Assembly (NCBI GenBank): GCA_050942745.1
Contig: JBMNNX010000005.1
Span: 42-64,041 of the forward strand
Direction of reading: 5' to 3'
Source of the DNA: Myxococcales bacterium
GTDB lineage: Bacteria; Myxococcota; Myxococcia; Myxococcales; UBA5297
DNA length: 64,000 nt
The notes beneath the pieces are model-generated. The model searched no databases. It had not been told where the DNA came from and worked only from the letters and a program-made list of their open reading frames with translations. Position 1 is the first letter of the stretch. Each line of letters opens with the position of its first letter. The position numbers and the translations under genes were made by a program. This document shows positions 1 to 9,080 of this stretch, piece by piece.

Positions 1-291
1 GCCATTCGCCTCATGATTTTCCTCCGAGAACGTCGAGACTTGCCGGGACCGGGCCTTCCCGTGACATTGCGCCCATCATTGTCCGCAATGAGATGACCGA
101 GTCAAGCCAGCCGCCTGGACGCGCCAGCGGCGCGGGCGCCCTCGGCGCGCGCACGCAGCCGCGCGAACTGCCGCGCCGCGCGCACGAGCGCTCGCGCGCA
201 GCCTTCCCCTAGGCGCCGAGTCCTCCTCGCCCCGATGCCGCCGCCGCGGCGAAGCTTCGACGAAACTCTTCGTAGAGCCGGACGCCCCACG

Positions 292-654
292 CTAGTCGAA
301 CATGGCGCGCGCCACACCGAGCAGGCGATCCACGTCGCGCCGCGTCAACGACTGGGTGCGCACGAACTCCGCCAGAGGCTTGAGCATGGGATCGAGACTC
401 TCAGGCTTGTCCTCGGCAAACAGGAAGAGCTCGCTGACCGAAACCCCAAGCGCCTTGGCCAACCGCGCGAGCGTGTCGATATGCGGAGCGCGCTCTCCTC
501 GCTCGATCATCGAAAGGAAGGACACCGAGATGTCTGCCCTCTCGGCGAGGCCTTCTTGAGTAATTTTCTCGGTCCGAGACTGCCGCAGCTGACGGATGCG
601 TCGGCCGAGAGCCTTGGTGATATCCAAGCCATCCTGTCTGACAGTCGAGTCCAT
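292..654 (-). CDS. XRE/Cro-C1 family helix-turn-helix transcriptional regulator (~120 aa)
   Basis: I trimmed track ORF 292..1047(-) to the internal ATG at 654 (MDSTVRQDGL...). It contains ITKALGRRIRQLRQSRTEKITQEGLAERADISVSFLSMIERGERAPHIDTLARLAKALGVSVSELF, a textbook HTH_3 pattern. The upstream part of the track ORF is Arg/Gly-rich and overlaps the 3' end of the neighbouring gene. Confidence 0.8.
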   Translation of the reverse strand: MDSTVRQDGLDITKALGRRIRQLRQSRTEKITQEGLAERADISVSFLSMIERGERAPHIDTLARLAKALGVSVSELFLFAEDKPESLDPMLKPLAEFVRTQSLTRRDVDRLLGVARAMFD

Positions 655-842
655 ATTGCCCCGGGAGTGCGGCCTGTTCTCGCGGACCAGCAGTGTCCAA
701 CCAGTCCAGGGTGGCGTAAATATGCCAACCCCAACGCGTTCCCAAGACACGGTGTGTGAAACCGTGAACAACTGGGACCGAGACGACCCAGGTTCAGAAT
801 TGACCCACCTCACGGGCCGGGTCAAGTCCACCCCAGGCTCTT

Positions 843-3188
843 TCAGTCCCCGAAGCTGCCGAGGTTCTTGAGCTCGAGCGTGAAGTAGAAGTGGAGCGGC
901 GATTCCGCCTTCGGCACATAGCTCGCCCACAAGTCGAGCTTCCAGCAGCCGCTGGCGCTGCCGAGCGTCACCCCGCCGGTGTGCGCGAGCACCTTGTCTT
1001 CGGCCATGGGCAGCAGGGTCACCCCGTAGCGCAGCGTCGCGTCCCACAGCCTGACGCTCGTGCCGACGGTGATCTGATCGAAGGAGCGCGCTTCTCCAAT
1101 GGCTGCAGGACCGAAGAGGTCGTCGAGCCCTGCGCGCATCCGGTCGGTCCCTTTGGCGCTGAGCCGATCGTAGCCGAACGTGAGCGAATCCCCGCGCCCG
1201 TCGCGCAGCGCGAGCCGCGCCCCCACCGCCACGAACTCGTGCGCCTCGACATCGAAGCGCGCGCCGGTGCCCAAAGTCGCGAAGCGGGTCCCGACGTCGA
1301 GCCGGCCAAACGCGTCGCCGAGCGCCCGAGCGCCGAAGTCGACGCCCTGTCCGACCTCGAGTCGCAGCAGATCACCGCCGTGCTTGCGGGTCAGGCGAGT
1401 CGTCACCGAGGCGATGCCCTGCAACAGCGCAGGATCGGCCGCGCGCTGATAGAAGTCGTGCTCGTCGACCGCCGCCAGGAAGCCTTCTATCTCATGGCGC
1501 TCGCCGAGCTCCGGAGTCGAGGCCCGCAGCTCGAGTCGCGGCGTGATGGAGTGCCGGAGCGCCTTCTCACCCTCCCCATACACGCGCGAGAGCTCGGTTC
1601 CCGCCCACACGCCCGCGGTCGCCCGGCCCCACGCGTCGGTGAAGCGCGACCCCTCGCCGACGGCCGGCGCGTAGGCGCTCAGGTCAACCCGCGCCGCCGC
1701 GTAAGCTTCGGCCCGGAGCGGCCCGCGCCCGAGCAGCGTGAGCGCGAGCGACGGGCGGAGATCGAGGCGGCTGAGCGTCAACGGCAGCGCGGAATCCGCC
1801 GAAGCCTCGCCCGCCGCCGCGAAGGAGCGTCGCAGGCGCTCCGCGGACAATTCGCCGCCGAACGCGACGGGGCGATAGTGCGCCGCTGCGATCTCCACTC
1901 CGCCGCGCAGCGGCCCGAGCAGGCGAAGCTGCGGCACCTCGAGCCTCAATGCGAGCGGGCGTTGGAAGGCGACCGGCGAGTCCGCGCCGAAGAGGCGGCG
2001 CTTGGCTCCGAACCGCAGGGTGCGGTCCGGGTCCATGGTCCAGGGACGGTTGCCGCGCTCCTGGTACCAGATCGTCGAGAGCGAAAGCAGCGCCCAATCG
2101 CTTCGCCAGAAGGCGTGCGCCTGTGAGCGCACGTAGGGCAGGACCGACGCGCCCAGAACGTCGGCGGCTTCGTCGGTGACGTAGTAGGCGTCGCTGACGA
2201 AGCGCGCGTCGGCACGCAGGCCAAGGCCTCCCTTCGTCTCGGTGCCGTGCCTCCAGCCCAGCTCTCCGCGCCAGCCGCGCGGCTCGATGTCGGCCGGCTC
2301 GCCGTGCCGGTCGTTCATCGCCGCGACGAAGAGCTGGCCCGAGGTGCCCTCGACGGGCGCGTAGCGCAGCTCGGCCGAAGCGCGCGGGCCGAGCATCTGC
2401 GGCCGCTTGCCGTCCTCGGGCTTCTTTCCGATCCGGGCCCCCAGCGTCAACGTCAGGTCATAGCTCTCGCCGAGGACGATGAACAGCGGCTGATCGAATC
2501 CGAAGCCGTTCTTGAGCGATAGCTGCGGCATCAGCAGCCCGCTGCGCCTGTCGGAGAGCGGCAGGTACATCGCCGGCAGTACGAGCACCGGCAAGCCCCT
2601 GACCCGGAAGGTGGGCCAACGAAGGATCGCGCGTTCGCCGGGCTCGATGTCCGCGCTCGAGGCGCTCACCGACCAGTCGGGCTTGCAGTCCTCGCCGCAG
2701 TCGCACGAGGTCGTCTCAAGGCGCCTCGCGACGAAACGGCTGCGCGCGATGCGCTCAATCTCCTCGGCCTTGAGGATGAGCTGGTTCTCCCCGGCCCGGC
2801 GGATGTCGGCCGCGCTCATCGACGCCACGGCGCTCGGGGCCTGGACGGCGCGCTTCTGCAGGAGTGTCGCGTCGCGGATCGTAAGCTTCCTGCCGGCCCC
2901 GAGCGAGAAGCTCCCCTCACCCGCGAAGAGCACGACGTTTCCGTCCACCAGCACGAGGTTGCCGGCGGCGATGCCCGCGCGCGCCGCGTAGTCGTACTCG
3001 AGGAGATCGGCGCGCAGCAGCAGACCGCCGCTCTCGAGCACCACTCCGCCTTCGCCGCGCAGCAGGTTCTCGGTAAGCGAGACCTCGCCGAGCTCGGCGC
3101 GCACCGTCGTCAGCTCCGCGGGCTCGGCGAGCTGCGGGGCTGGCAACGCGCCAGCAAATACAAGGAGTGCGAGCGAGAATGAGGGCAT
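843..3188 (-). CDS. lptD: LPS-assembly outer-membrane protein LptD (OstA family), 781 aa
   Basis: ATG at 3188 followed by a signal-like N-terminus (MPSFSLALLVFAGALPAP). An OstA-like N-terminal region is present (LLEYDYAARAGIAAGNLVLVDGNVVLFAGEGSF). The LptD core block is FRVRGLPVLVLPAMYLPLSDRRSGLLMPQLSLKNGFGFDQPLFIVLGESYDLT, followed by a long beta-rich C-terminus. Confidence 0.7.
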   Translation of the reverse strand: MPSFSLALLVFAGALPAPQLAEPAELTTVRAELGEVSLTENLLRGEGGVVLESGGLLLRADLLEYDYAARAGIAAGNLVLVDGNVVLFAGEGSFSLGAGRKLTIRDATLLQKRAVQAPSAVASMSAADIRRAGENQLILKAEEIERIARSRFVARRLETTSCDCGEDCKPDWSVSASSADIEPGERAILRWPTFRVRGLPVLVLPAMYLPLSDRRSGLLMPQLSLKNGFGFDQPLFIVLGESYDLTLTLGARIGKKPEDGKRPQMLGPRASAELRYAPVEGTSGQLFVAAMNDRHGEPADIEPRGWRGELGWRHGTETKGGLGLRADARFVSDAYYVTDEAADVLGASVLPYVRSQAHAFWRSDWALLSLSTIWYQERGNRPWTMDPDRTLRFGAKRRLFGADSPVAFQRPLALRLEVPQLRLLGPLRGGVEIAAAHYRPVAFGGELSAERLRRSFAAAGEASADSALPLTLSRLDLRPSLALTLLGRGPLRAEAYAAARVDLSAYAPAVGEGSRFTDAWGRATAGVWAGTELSRVYGEGEKALRHSITPRLELRASTPELGERHEIEGFLAAVDEHDFYQRAADPALLQGIASVTTRLTRKHGGDLLRLEVGQGVDFGARALGDAFGRLDVGTRFATLGTGARFDVEAHEFVAVGARLALRDGRGDSLTFGYDRLSAKGTDRMRAGLDDLFGPAAIGEARSFDQITVGTSVRLWDATLRYGVTLLPMAEDKVLAHTGGVTLGSASGCWKLDLWASYVPKAESPLHFYFTLELKNLGSFGD

Positions 3189-3285
3189 TCGAGGCGAGCG
3201 GGCGGTCGTCGCGCCCTACCGGCGTGTCACGCCGGACTGCGGCCCTGCGCCGCCCGCTTCGAGCAGGCTCGAACAGCGAGCGGAC

Positions 3286-4260
3286 CTACCGGAGGACGAA
3301 CTTCACCTTGTCCGAGCAGATGAAGTACTCGTCCCCCTCCTCTATCTTCCGGCGCTTGATTCGCTGCTTGTTGAACCAAGTGCCGTTGGAGGAGCCAAGA
3401 TCCTCGATGTAGTAGTCGTCGCCCTCGCGGGTGATTGCGGCATGCTCGCGGCTGACCTTGCCGCTGTTGATGACCATGTCGCAGTGCTTGCCACGACCGA
3501 TGAGGAAGCGGTCCTTGGAGATCTTCTCGAGGCTGCCGCCCTCGGCCATCATGTAGAGCGACTTGCCGGTCGGCGCGGGCGCCGGCGTGTCGTCCATGCC
3601 CATCGGGTCCGGATGCGCAAGCGGCTCTTCGACGGCCTGCTGCTGCTGCTGCTGCTTGCCCTTGATCAGCCGCTCGAGCTCGGCGGCGGTCTCGAGCACG
3701 CGCTCAGCGACGGCCTTGCGGTCGGGATCCTCGTCCATCGGATCGGGAGCGCGCTCGAACATCTCGGGGCTTGGCGTGGCGGCCTCGGTCATCCGCCGGC
3801 GCATCTCGCCGTCCTGGTCGAAGCCGGAACGACGCGGCGGGGCAAGAGGCTGCTCGCTTCGGCGCGGCGACGATGCCGACCTTCGGGCAGGCGCGGGAGC
3901 AGGAATGGGCGTGCGGTCTTCGAGCAGCCCCTGCTCGGGCGGGTACTCCTCCTCCGCAGGCTCGGGCTCGGGCTCAGGCATGGGCTCGGGCTCGTCAGCG
4001 AAGACCGCGGGCGGTCGTTCGAAGCCCTCTTGGGCTGCCGAGGCGGCGACGTGCGCCGGAGGCGCGGCAGCGATCGCGGCCTGCCCGACGTTCAAGAACC
4101 CGTTGAGCCGCGCGAACATGAACATCGCTTGGTTGATGAGCCCGTCACGCTCGGTGCCCATCTCCAACGCCATCTGCTCGAAAGCTTCCCAGATGTGATC
4201 CGCCACGGCGATCTCGCGGATCGGCCGTGCCTCGCTGGATTCGCTCATGCTCGCTCTCAT
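3286..4260 (-). CDS. Ribbon-helix-helix (CopG-like) N-terminal domain, Pro/Glu-rich and poly-Gln linker, C-terminal FHA domain
   Basis: The C-terminus FLIGRGKHCDMVINSGKVSREHAAITREGDDYYIEDLGSSNGTWFNKQRI is a canonical FHA signature. The N-terminus IREIAVADHIWEAFEQMALEMGTERDGLINQAMFMFARL aligns by eye with the CopG/Arc strand-helix-turn-helix pattern. The start is ambiguous between ATGs at 4308, 4260 and 4248. Confidence 0.75.
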   Translation of the reverse strand: MRASMSESSEARPIREIAVADHIWEAFEQMALEMGTERDGLINQAMFMFARLNGFLNVGQAAIAAAPPAHVAASAAQEGFERPPAVFADEPEPMPEPEPEPAEEEYPPEQGLLEDRTPIPAPAPARRSASSPRRSEQPLAPPRRSGFDQDGEMRRRMTEAATPSPEMFERAPDPMDEDPDRKAVAERVLETAAELERLIKGKQQQQQQAVEEPLAHPDPMGMDDTPAPAPTGKSLYMMAEGGSLEKISKDRFLIGRGKHCDMVINSGKVSREHAAITREGDDYYIEDLGSSNGTWFNKQRIKRRKIEEGDEYFICSDKVKFVLR

Positions 4261-4341
4261 GTCTTTGGTTCGCGGCGCGAATCTACCAAACGGGCGCGCC
4301 TTGCACAATTTAACAGGTACGCTTGGCAGCCAAGCAGGCGG

Positions 4342-6132
4342 CTATCGGTAGACTCTGATGCCCTTCTCCGATGGCGTCGGTGCCGATTCGGAGCTCCATT
4401 CGACGGTGGCGGGGTCGAGCTGGACGACAGCGTTTCCGCCCAAGTGCGCGACGAAGAACCGCTTGGTCTTCGAGTCGTAGGCGATGGCCCCGGGGAAGCT
4501 CAATCCGGTCAGCGTCACGTACGACGCGGAGACTCCCGCCTTGATGTCGAGGAGGTAGGAGGCGTCCCTGCGCGGGTCACCGCTGCCCATCTCGAAGGTG
4601 ATTGCGGGCTTGGCGGCGTCGTAGTCGTCGGGCCGGTGGAAGTAGGCGCCCTGGTAGGCAAACCGCTCGCTCGCGCGCACGCGCCCCAGGTAGCCCGAGT
4701 CGCCGCCCGCGACGACGTACTCCTCGACCGGGCGCACCGTGAAGCTCACCGCGCCCGCGCACGAGGCTCCGACCCCGCTCAGCTCGAGCTGGTCTGCCGC
4801 CACCGCGGCGACCTCGGCCTCGGGGCAAGTCGCCGGGTCGGCGAAGCTCACCCTGTCGCCTGCCCGCACGCCCGCGGCCTCGAAGCTCGGGCCGCTCTGG
4901 AGCACAGAGCCGGCGACCGTTCCCTCGCGGTCGCGCAACAGAGCGCCCTCGTAGGTCACCCGCACCACCTCGCTGCGGACCGCGCCTTCGGCGAGCTCGA
5001 TGTTTCTCGGGCCGTTTTCGTCCGCGGTGGCGGTGCCATCCGGCGCCGCGTGAGTCACCTCCACCGAGGGCCCGAAGGGGTTCGCGTCGAGCATGCGCAG
5101 CCTGTCGCCATCGAACGGGTAGACGTTGCCGTCGGTGGAGCTGACGAGGACGAGGCGCTCCAGGTCGAGCGGTTTCTTCTCCGTCTTTGCCGGCTCGCCC
5201 GGGGCTTCATTGGTCGCGACGAGCGTCTGGACAGTCGCCGGGCCGACGGCGAGGCCGATGGCGGTGCCGGGCACGCCGAGCGGGGCCGCGTCCGCGGACG
5301 GTTCGAGCCGCCGGCTCGCCATTCCGAACGCGAACAGGCCTCCACACCGGCTTCCCGAAGCGGCGCACGCCGCGGAGTCGAGGATGCCGAAGACGCGCCC
5401 ACCAACTTGATCGAAAGCGAGCGCGCGCACCGGACCGCCCACGTCGTAGCGCTCGACGCTGCCCGCCCCGAGGTCGACCACGGCGAGCGCGCCCTGCGTC
5501 GTGCGCCGGTCGCCGACCACGAGAAGGTTCGGGTCCGTCGGGGACGCGACGAGCGCCTGCGGCACCGAGTCGCCCAGCGCGATCCGCTCCTCGAAGGCGA
5601 CCGACGCGAACCCGGAGAGGTCGTCGGCCAGCGCGCGGGGGAAGGTCGCGACGTGCAGCGCGCCTTCCCCGCCGTCCTGCGGGGCGACGGCGAGCGCGAG
5701 CCGAGGGTCGTCGTCCGCGGACTCGGCGAGGGCGGCGATCGCCAGCGTCGTCCGAGGCACCAAGACGGTGCCGAGCAACGCCATGCTGCTCGTCGACACG
5801 ACAGACACCTGCGAGGTCGCCGAGGAGAGCGCGAAGGCGAACGGAATGGTCTTCTGGCTGTCGGCAGAGGTCCAAGCGGCGACCGCCTGCGGGAAGGAGG
5901 CCGTCGGCACCGACAAAGCGAAGAGCGGGTTGGGCGCCCGAACGAATGCCTGCTCATCGATTTGGATCGCGCGCAGCTGCGCATCCGTGCTCATCGCGAC
6001 GAGCAGGTTTCGCCCCGCGACGGCGAGCGAATTGGGTCCCTGCAGCTCGACGGCTCCCAGGTTTTGCTCGGACCGGCAGCCAGCGGCGACCAGCCCGACA
6101 AGCGCGCCGAGGGCCCAGCGACGAATCCTCAC
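4342..6132 (-). CDS. Lipoprotein, beta-propeller-like repeat protein (596 aa)
   Basis: GTG start at 6132. Lipobox: MRIRRWALGALVGLVAAGC. Repeated beta-strand blocks resemble YncE/YVTN-type propellers (RFFVAHLGGNAVVQLD, LLVVGDRRTTQGALAVVDLG, NLLVAMSTDAQLRAIQID). A GTGA overlap joins it to the upstream gene. Confidence 0.6.
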   Translation of the reverse strand: MRIRRWALGALVGLVAAGCRSEQNLGAVELQGPNSLAVAGRNLLVAMSTDAQLRAIQIDEQAFVRAPNPLFALSVPTASFPQAVAAWTSADSQKTIPFAFALSSATSQVSVVSTSSMALLGTVLVPRTTLAIAALAESADDDPRLALAVAPQDGGEGALHVATFPRALADDLSGFASVAFEERIALGDSVPQALVASPTDPNLLVVGDRRTTQGALAVVDLGAGSVERYDVGGPVRALAFDQVGGRVFGILDSAACAASGSRCGGLFAFGMASRRLEPSADAAPLGVPGTAIGLAVGPATVQTLVATNEAPGEPAKTEKKPLDLERLVLVSSTDGNVYPFDGDRLRMLDANPFGPSVEVTHAAPDGTATADENGPRNIELAEGAVRSEVVRVTYEGALLRDREGTVAGSVLQSGPSFEAAGVRAGDRVSFADPATCPEAEVAAVAADQLELSGVGASCAGAVSFTVRPVEEYVVAGGDSGYLGRVRASERFAYQGAYFHRPDDYDAAKPAITFEMGSGDPRRDASYLLDIKAGVSASYVTLTGLSFPGAIAYDSKTKRFFVAHLGGNAVVQLDPATVEWSSESAPTPSEKGIRVYR

Positions 6133-7472
6133 AGGTTCTCCTCCGAATCGAGCGCCGAGGCGGCCTGAGAGCGGGCCTGAGCGCCAAGCCGCCCGGCGAG
6201 CGCGGCGTCGCCCGGTCTCTCGAGATCGGGAATGTCGATGTAGTCGACCGCGTGCCCGGCGAAGCTGGCGACGAACAGCCGCCGCCCGCCCGCCGCGCGG
6301 CTCGCCGCCACGAGGTCATACGGCTTGTCGATGCCTTCGATGAGGTTGACGACCGCTCCGATCTCGTCGTCGTAAATCGCCACGGCGTCCGTCTCGGTGC
6401 AGGCGATCGCGACCAGGTCCCTCTTCCCAGGCCTCGGCAGAACAAGGAGCCGGCTGGCACCCTCGGGCAGCGGGACGAAGCCGACGACCTCGTTGAGGGC
6501 CGCGCCCGTGGACGGATCGGCCGAGATGTCGACCACGAGCAGGCCGTCGGGGCCGTCGGTCGGCGTGACGTAGAGGCTGCGGGTTCCGCGCGTGCTGACG
6601 AACAGGCGGGTGCCATCGCTCGAGACGGCAATCCCGCGGGTCTCCTTGATCCGCGTCCCGTCGGTCAGGCCTGTGTCCACGACGGACGAGCCGACGAGCA
6701 TCCGCAGCGCGTTGGAGTGCTCGCCCGTCGTGTCCCTGAGCGCGCGCCCGGTCAGGTACACGCCCCTCGGCGTGTCGACGCCCGCTTCAGCGGGCGCAGC
6801 GCCGATGTCGAAGAAGACCGGCGCGCTGGTGGGCGATTCCGCGTCGAGCTTGACGAGGTACGAGTTGCGCGGCTCGTCGTCCACCGTCGGCCGCCGCAAG
6901 TGCGTAACGAAGAGCTCGCGACCGCGAAGCAAGGTCCCGAAGGGGTCCTCGACGGTCGCTTTGCCGTCGGAGAGCGCGATGCCCTGGGGGCTGCAGTCCC
7001 GCCCCTCGCCGCCGTCGTAGCAGGAGAGGTTCGCCCCCTCGGCCCGTATCGCAAAGAGCCGATGTTCGGCGCGAGTGGGCACGAAGAGGACCCGCGACGT
7101 CGGGACGGCGCCGGTCGGCTGGTAGGCAGCCATCACGCCGGCGAAGCTGTCGATGAAGACATGGCCCCTGTCCGGATCGACGGCACCGGCGATCGAGCGC
7201 GTCGCGGTCGCTCCGCCCGGTGCGGGCGTGTCGAGGTCGAGCTTGTCGAGATCGACGGCGATGACCGAGCCGTGGCTGTAGCGCCAATCGAAGTTCGAGC
7301 TGACGACGTAGAGCACGTTGGGCCCGCCGTCTGCTGACTCGACGAGAGAGAGAGAGACTGGATAGTGGAAGCCGTCGGTCGGAGGAAGCTCGCCCGAGCT
7401 TTCGGACGCGCAGCCGACCAGGGCGGCCAGCGGCAGCGCGAGGGCAAGCAGCATGTAACGATGTGTGCGCAT
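6129..7472 (-). CDS. Lipoprotein, beta-propeller-like repeat protein (~447 aa)
   Basis: I trimmed the track ORF to the ATG at 7472 (MRTHRYMLLALALPLAALVGCASE, a lipobox). Propeller-like blocks are present (VLYVVSSNFDWRYSHGSVIAVDL, RLFVSTRGTRSLYV, RRLFVASFAGHAVDYIDI). Its stop overlaps the start of the downstream lipoprotein gene. Confidence 0.6.
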   Translation of the reverse strand: MRTHRYMLLALALPLAALVGCASESSGELPPTDGFHYPVSLSLVESADGGPNVLYVVSSNFDWRYSHGSVIAVDLDKLDLDTPAPGGATATRSIAGAVDPDRGHVFIDSFAGVMAAYQPTGAVPTSRVLFVPTRAEHRLFAIRAEGANLSCYDGGEGRDCSPQGIALSDGKATVEDPFGTLLRGRELFVTHLRRPTVDDEPRNSYLVKLDAESPTSAPVFFDIGAAPAEAGVDTPRGVYLTGRALRDTTGEHSNALRMLVGSSVVDTGLTDGTRIKETRGIAVSSDGTRLFVSTRGTRSLYVTPTDGPDGLLVVDISADPSTGAALNEVVGFVPLPEGASRLLVLPRPGKRDLVAIACTETDAVAIYDDEIGAVVNLIEGIDKPYDLVAASRAAGGRRLFVASFAGHAVDYIDIPDLERPGDAALAGRLGAQARSQAASALDSEENL

Positions 7473-7565
7473 GGTCGAGAACTGCCGAGTGTTGCGCCCG
7501 GCGCAGACTGGGTCAAGGGAAAGGTGGGACGGGTCTCGCCAACCCGCGGCACGCCGTCCCAACAG

Positions 7566-9080
7566 CTAGGTGACCGGACTGTTCCCGAGGTATGCGGCGA
7601 GGGCCTCGACCAACGAGCGAGCAGTCGCTTCGCCAGCGACGACGGCCGCGCGGAGCCCAAGCTGCTCGACCGCTTCGCGCGTGGTCGGCCCGATCACCGC
7701 GATCGGCGTGCGAGCCAGCACCTCTCGCGCCTCGTGCTCGCCCAGCAGCCTCACGAAGCCGCGCACGGCCGATGGGCTCGCGAACGTAACGGCGGAGAGC
7801 CTCCCCTCGGTGAAGCGGCGGCGAACAGGCTCCGGGTCGGTCGCCGGGCACACCGTCTGATAGGCGGGCGCGACGGTGACCGACGCGCCGAGCGCGCGCA
7901 GCGCCTCGGGCAGCGCCTCGCGGCCGGCGAGCGCACGCACGATGAGGAAGCGCTTGCCGCCGACCCCCATCCCGGCAAACCCGTCGGCGAGCGCCGCGGC
8001 GTTGAAGACCTCGGCGACCAGGTCCGGCTCGAGGTAGGCGGCGCGGAGGCATCCCGCGGTCGCCGGGCCCACCGCCGCGATCCTCACTCCGCCGAGGGCG
8101 CGCAGATCCCGCCCCCTCTCGCGCAGCCGCGAAAGGAAGGCCTCGACGCCGTTGGCGCTCGTCAGCACGAGCCAGTCGTACTCGCCGATTCGCTCGATCG
8201 CCTCGTCGAGTAGAGCCCAGCTCGGCGGGGCGACCGTCTCGATGCACGGGGCGAGCAGAACCTCGGCCCCAAGCTCCTCGAGCCCGCTCACCATCTCGCC
8301 CGCCTGCGCCCGAGCCCTGGTGACGACGACTGTGCGCCCGTGCAGCGGACGCTTCTCGCGCCAGGCGAGCCGCTCGCGCAGGGAGACGGCCTGCCCCACG
8401 ATCATCACGAGGGGCGCGCGCGCCGCGCCCGCCCGCTCGGCGATGTCTTCGAGCGCGCCGGCGAAGACCTTCTGCCCAGGGGTCGAGGCGGCCTCGACGA
8501 CGGCGACCGGAGTCGCGCGGGGCCGGCCGCCCTCGATGAGCGCGTCGGCGATGCTCCGGATGCTCGCCGGCTCGAGATACAGAACGAGCGTCGAGCCGCG
8601 CTCCGCGAGCCGCTCGAGCTCGCAGGGGGCGGGCGAGCCGGGCTGCACGATGGCGTAGCTGACCGCTGAGGAGAGCCCCTTTTGCGTCACCGGAATCGCG
8701 GCGAGCGCAGCGGCGGCGACCCCAGCGCTCACCCCGGGGACGATCTCGAAAGTGAGCCCCGCCTCGGCCAGCGCCTCGGCCTCCTCGCCTCCGCGACCGA
8801 AGGTGAGAGGGTCGCCGTTCTTGAGCCTGACAACGGTAAGCCCGGCGCGGGCCCGCTCGACGAGCAGCGCGTTGATCTGCGCCTGCGGCATCCTTCGGCC
8901 GTCGGGCCAGCTACCGACCCGAATGCGCTCGGCCTCCTCGGGTGCGTGGTCGAGCAAGGCCGGATGACACGCCGAGTCGTAGACGAGCACCTGCGCCCGC
9001 GCCAGCACCTGTAGGCCGCGCACCGTGATGAGCCCAGGGGCTCCCGGGCCGGCTCCGACGAGATAGGCCGCGGCGACCAT
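7566..9080 (-). CDS. cobA/hemD: Uroporphyrinogen-III C-methyltransferase (CobA/SUMT) fused to uroporphyrinogen-III synthase (HemD), 504 aa
   Basis: The N-terminal half carries the SUMT motif YLVGAGPGAPGLITVRGLQVLARAQVLVYD plus GDPLTFGRGGEE. The C-terminal half is HemD-like (RTVVVTRARAQAGEMVSGLEELGAEVLLAPCIE ... AVTFASPSAVRGF). Its start overlaps the hemC stop by 1 nt. Confidence 0.8.
   Translation of the reverse strand: MVAAAYLVGAGPGAPGLITVRGLQVLARAQVLVYDSACHPALLDHAPEEAERIRVGSWPDGRRMPQAQINALLVERARAGLTVVRLKNGDPLTFGRGGEEAEALAEAGLTFEIVPGVSAGVAAAALAAIPVTQKGLSSAVSYAIVQPGSPAPCELERLAERGSTLVLYLEPASIRSIADALIEGGRPRATPVAVVEAASTPGQKVFAGALEDIAERAGAARAPLVMIVGQAVSLRERLAWREKRPLHGRTVVVTRARAQAGEMVSGLEELGAEVLLAPCIETVAPPSWALLDEAIERIGEYDWLVLTSANGVEAFLSRLRERGRDLRALGGVRIAAVGPATAGCLRAAYLEPDLVAEVFNAAALADGFAGMGVGGKRFLIVRALAGREALPEALRALGASVTVAPAYQTVCPATDPEPVRRRFTEGRLSAVTFASPSAVRGFVRLLGEHEAREVLARTPIAVIGPTTREAVEQLGLRAAVVAGEATARSLVEALAAYLGNSPVT

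Noticed and set aside
1-291. Possible gene fragment at the left window edge. Frame +1 reads AIRLMIFLRERRDLPG... to a stop at 94-96, and there is also ORF 102..317(-).
   Set aside because: Third-position GC in the plus fragment is low for this genome and the peptide has no recognisable features. The 71 aa minus ORF is Arg/Ala junk. I leave the region unannotated.
3442-6168. A 908 aa plus-strand ORF, with the overlapping 5187..7337(+) 716 aa ORF, lying opposite the FHA and lipoprotein genes.
   Set aside because: The translations are dominated by Arg/Gly/Ala/Pro runs (e.g. RRGRRRVVHAHRVRMRKR) with no domain-like segments. They lie antisense to minus-strand ORFs that have lipoboxes, an FHA motif and protein-like composition. 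This is classic high-GC shadow-ORF behaviour.
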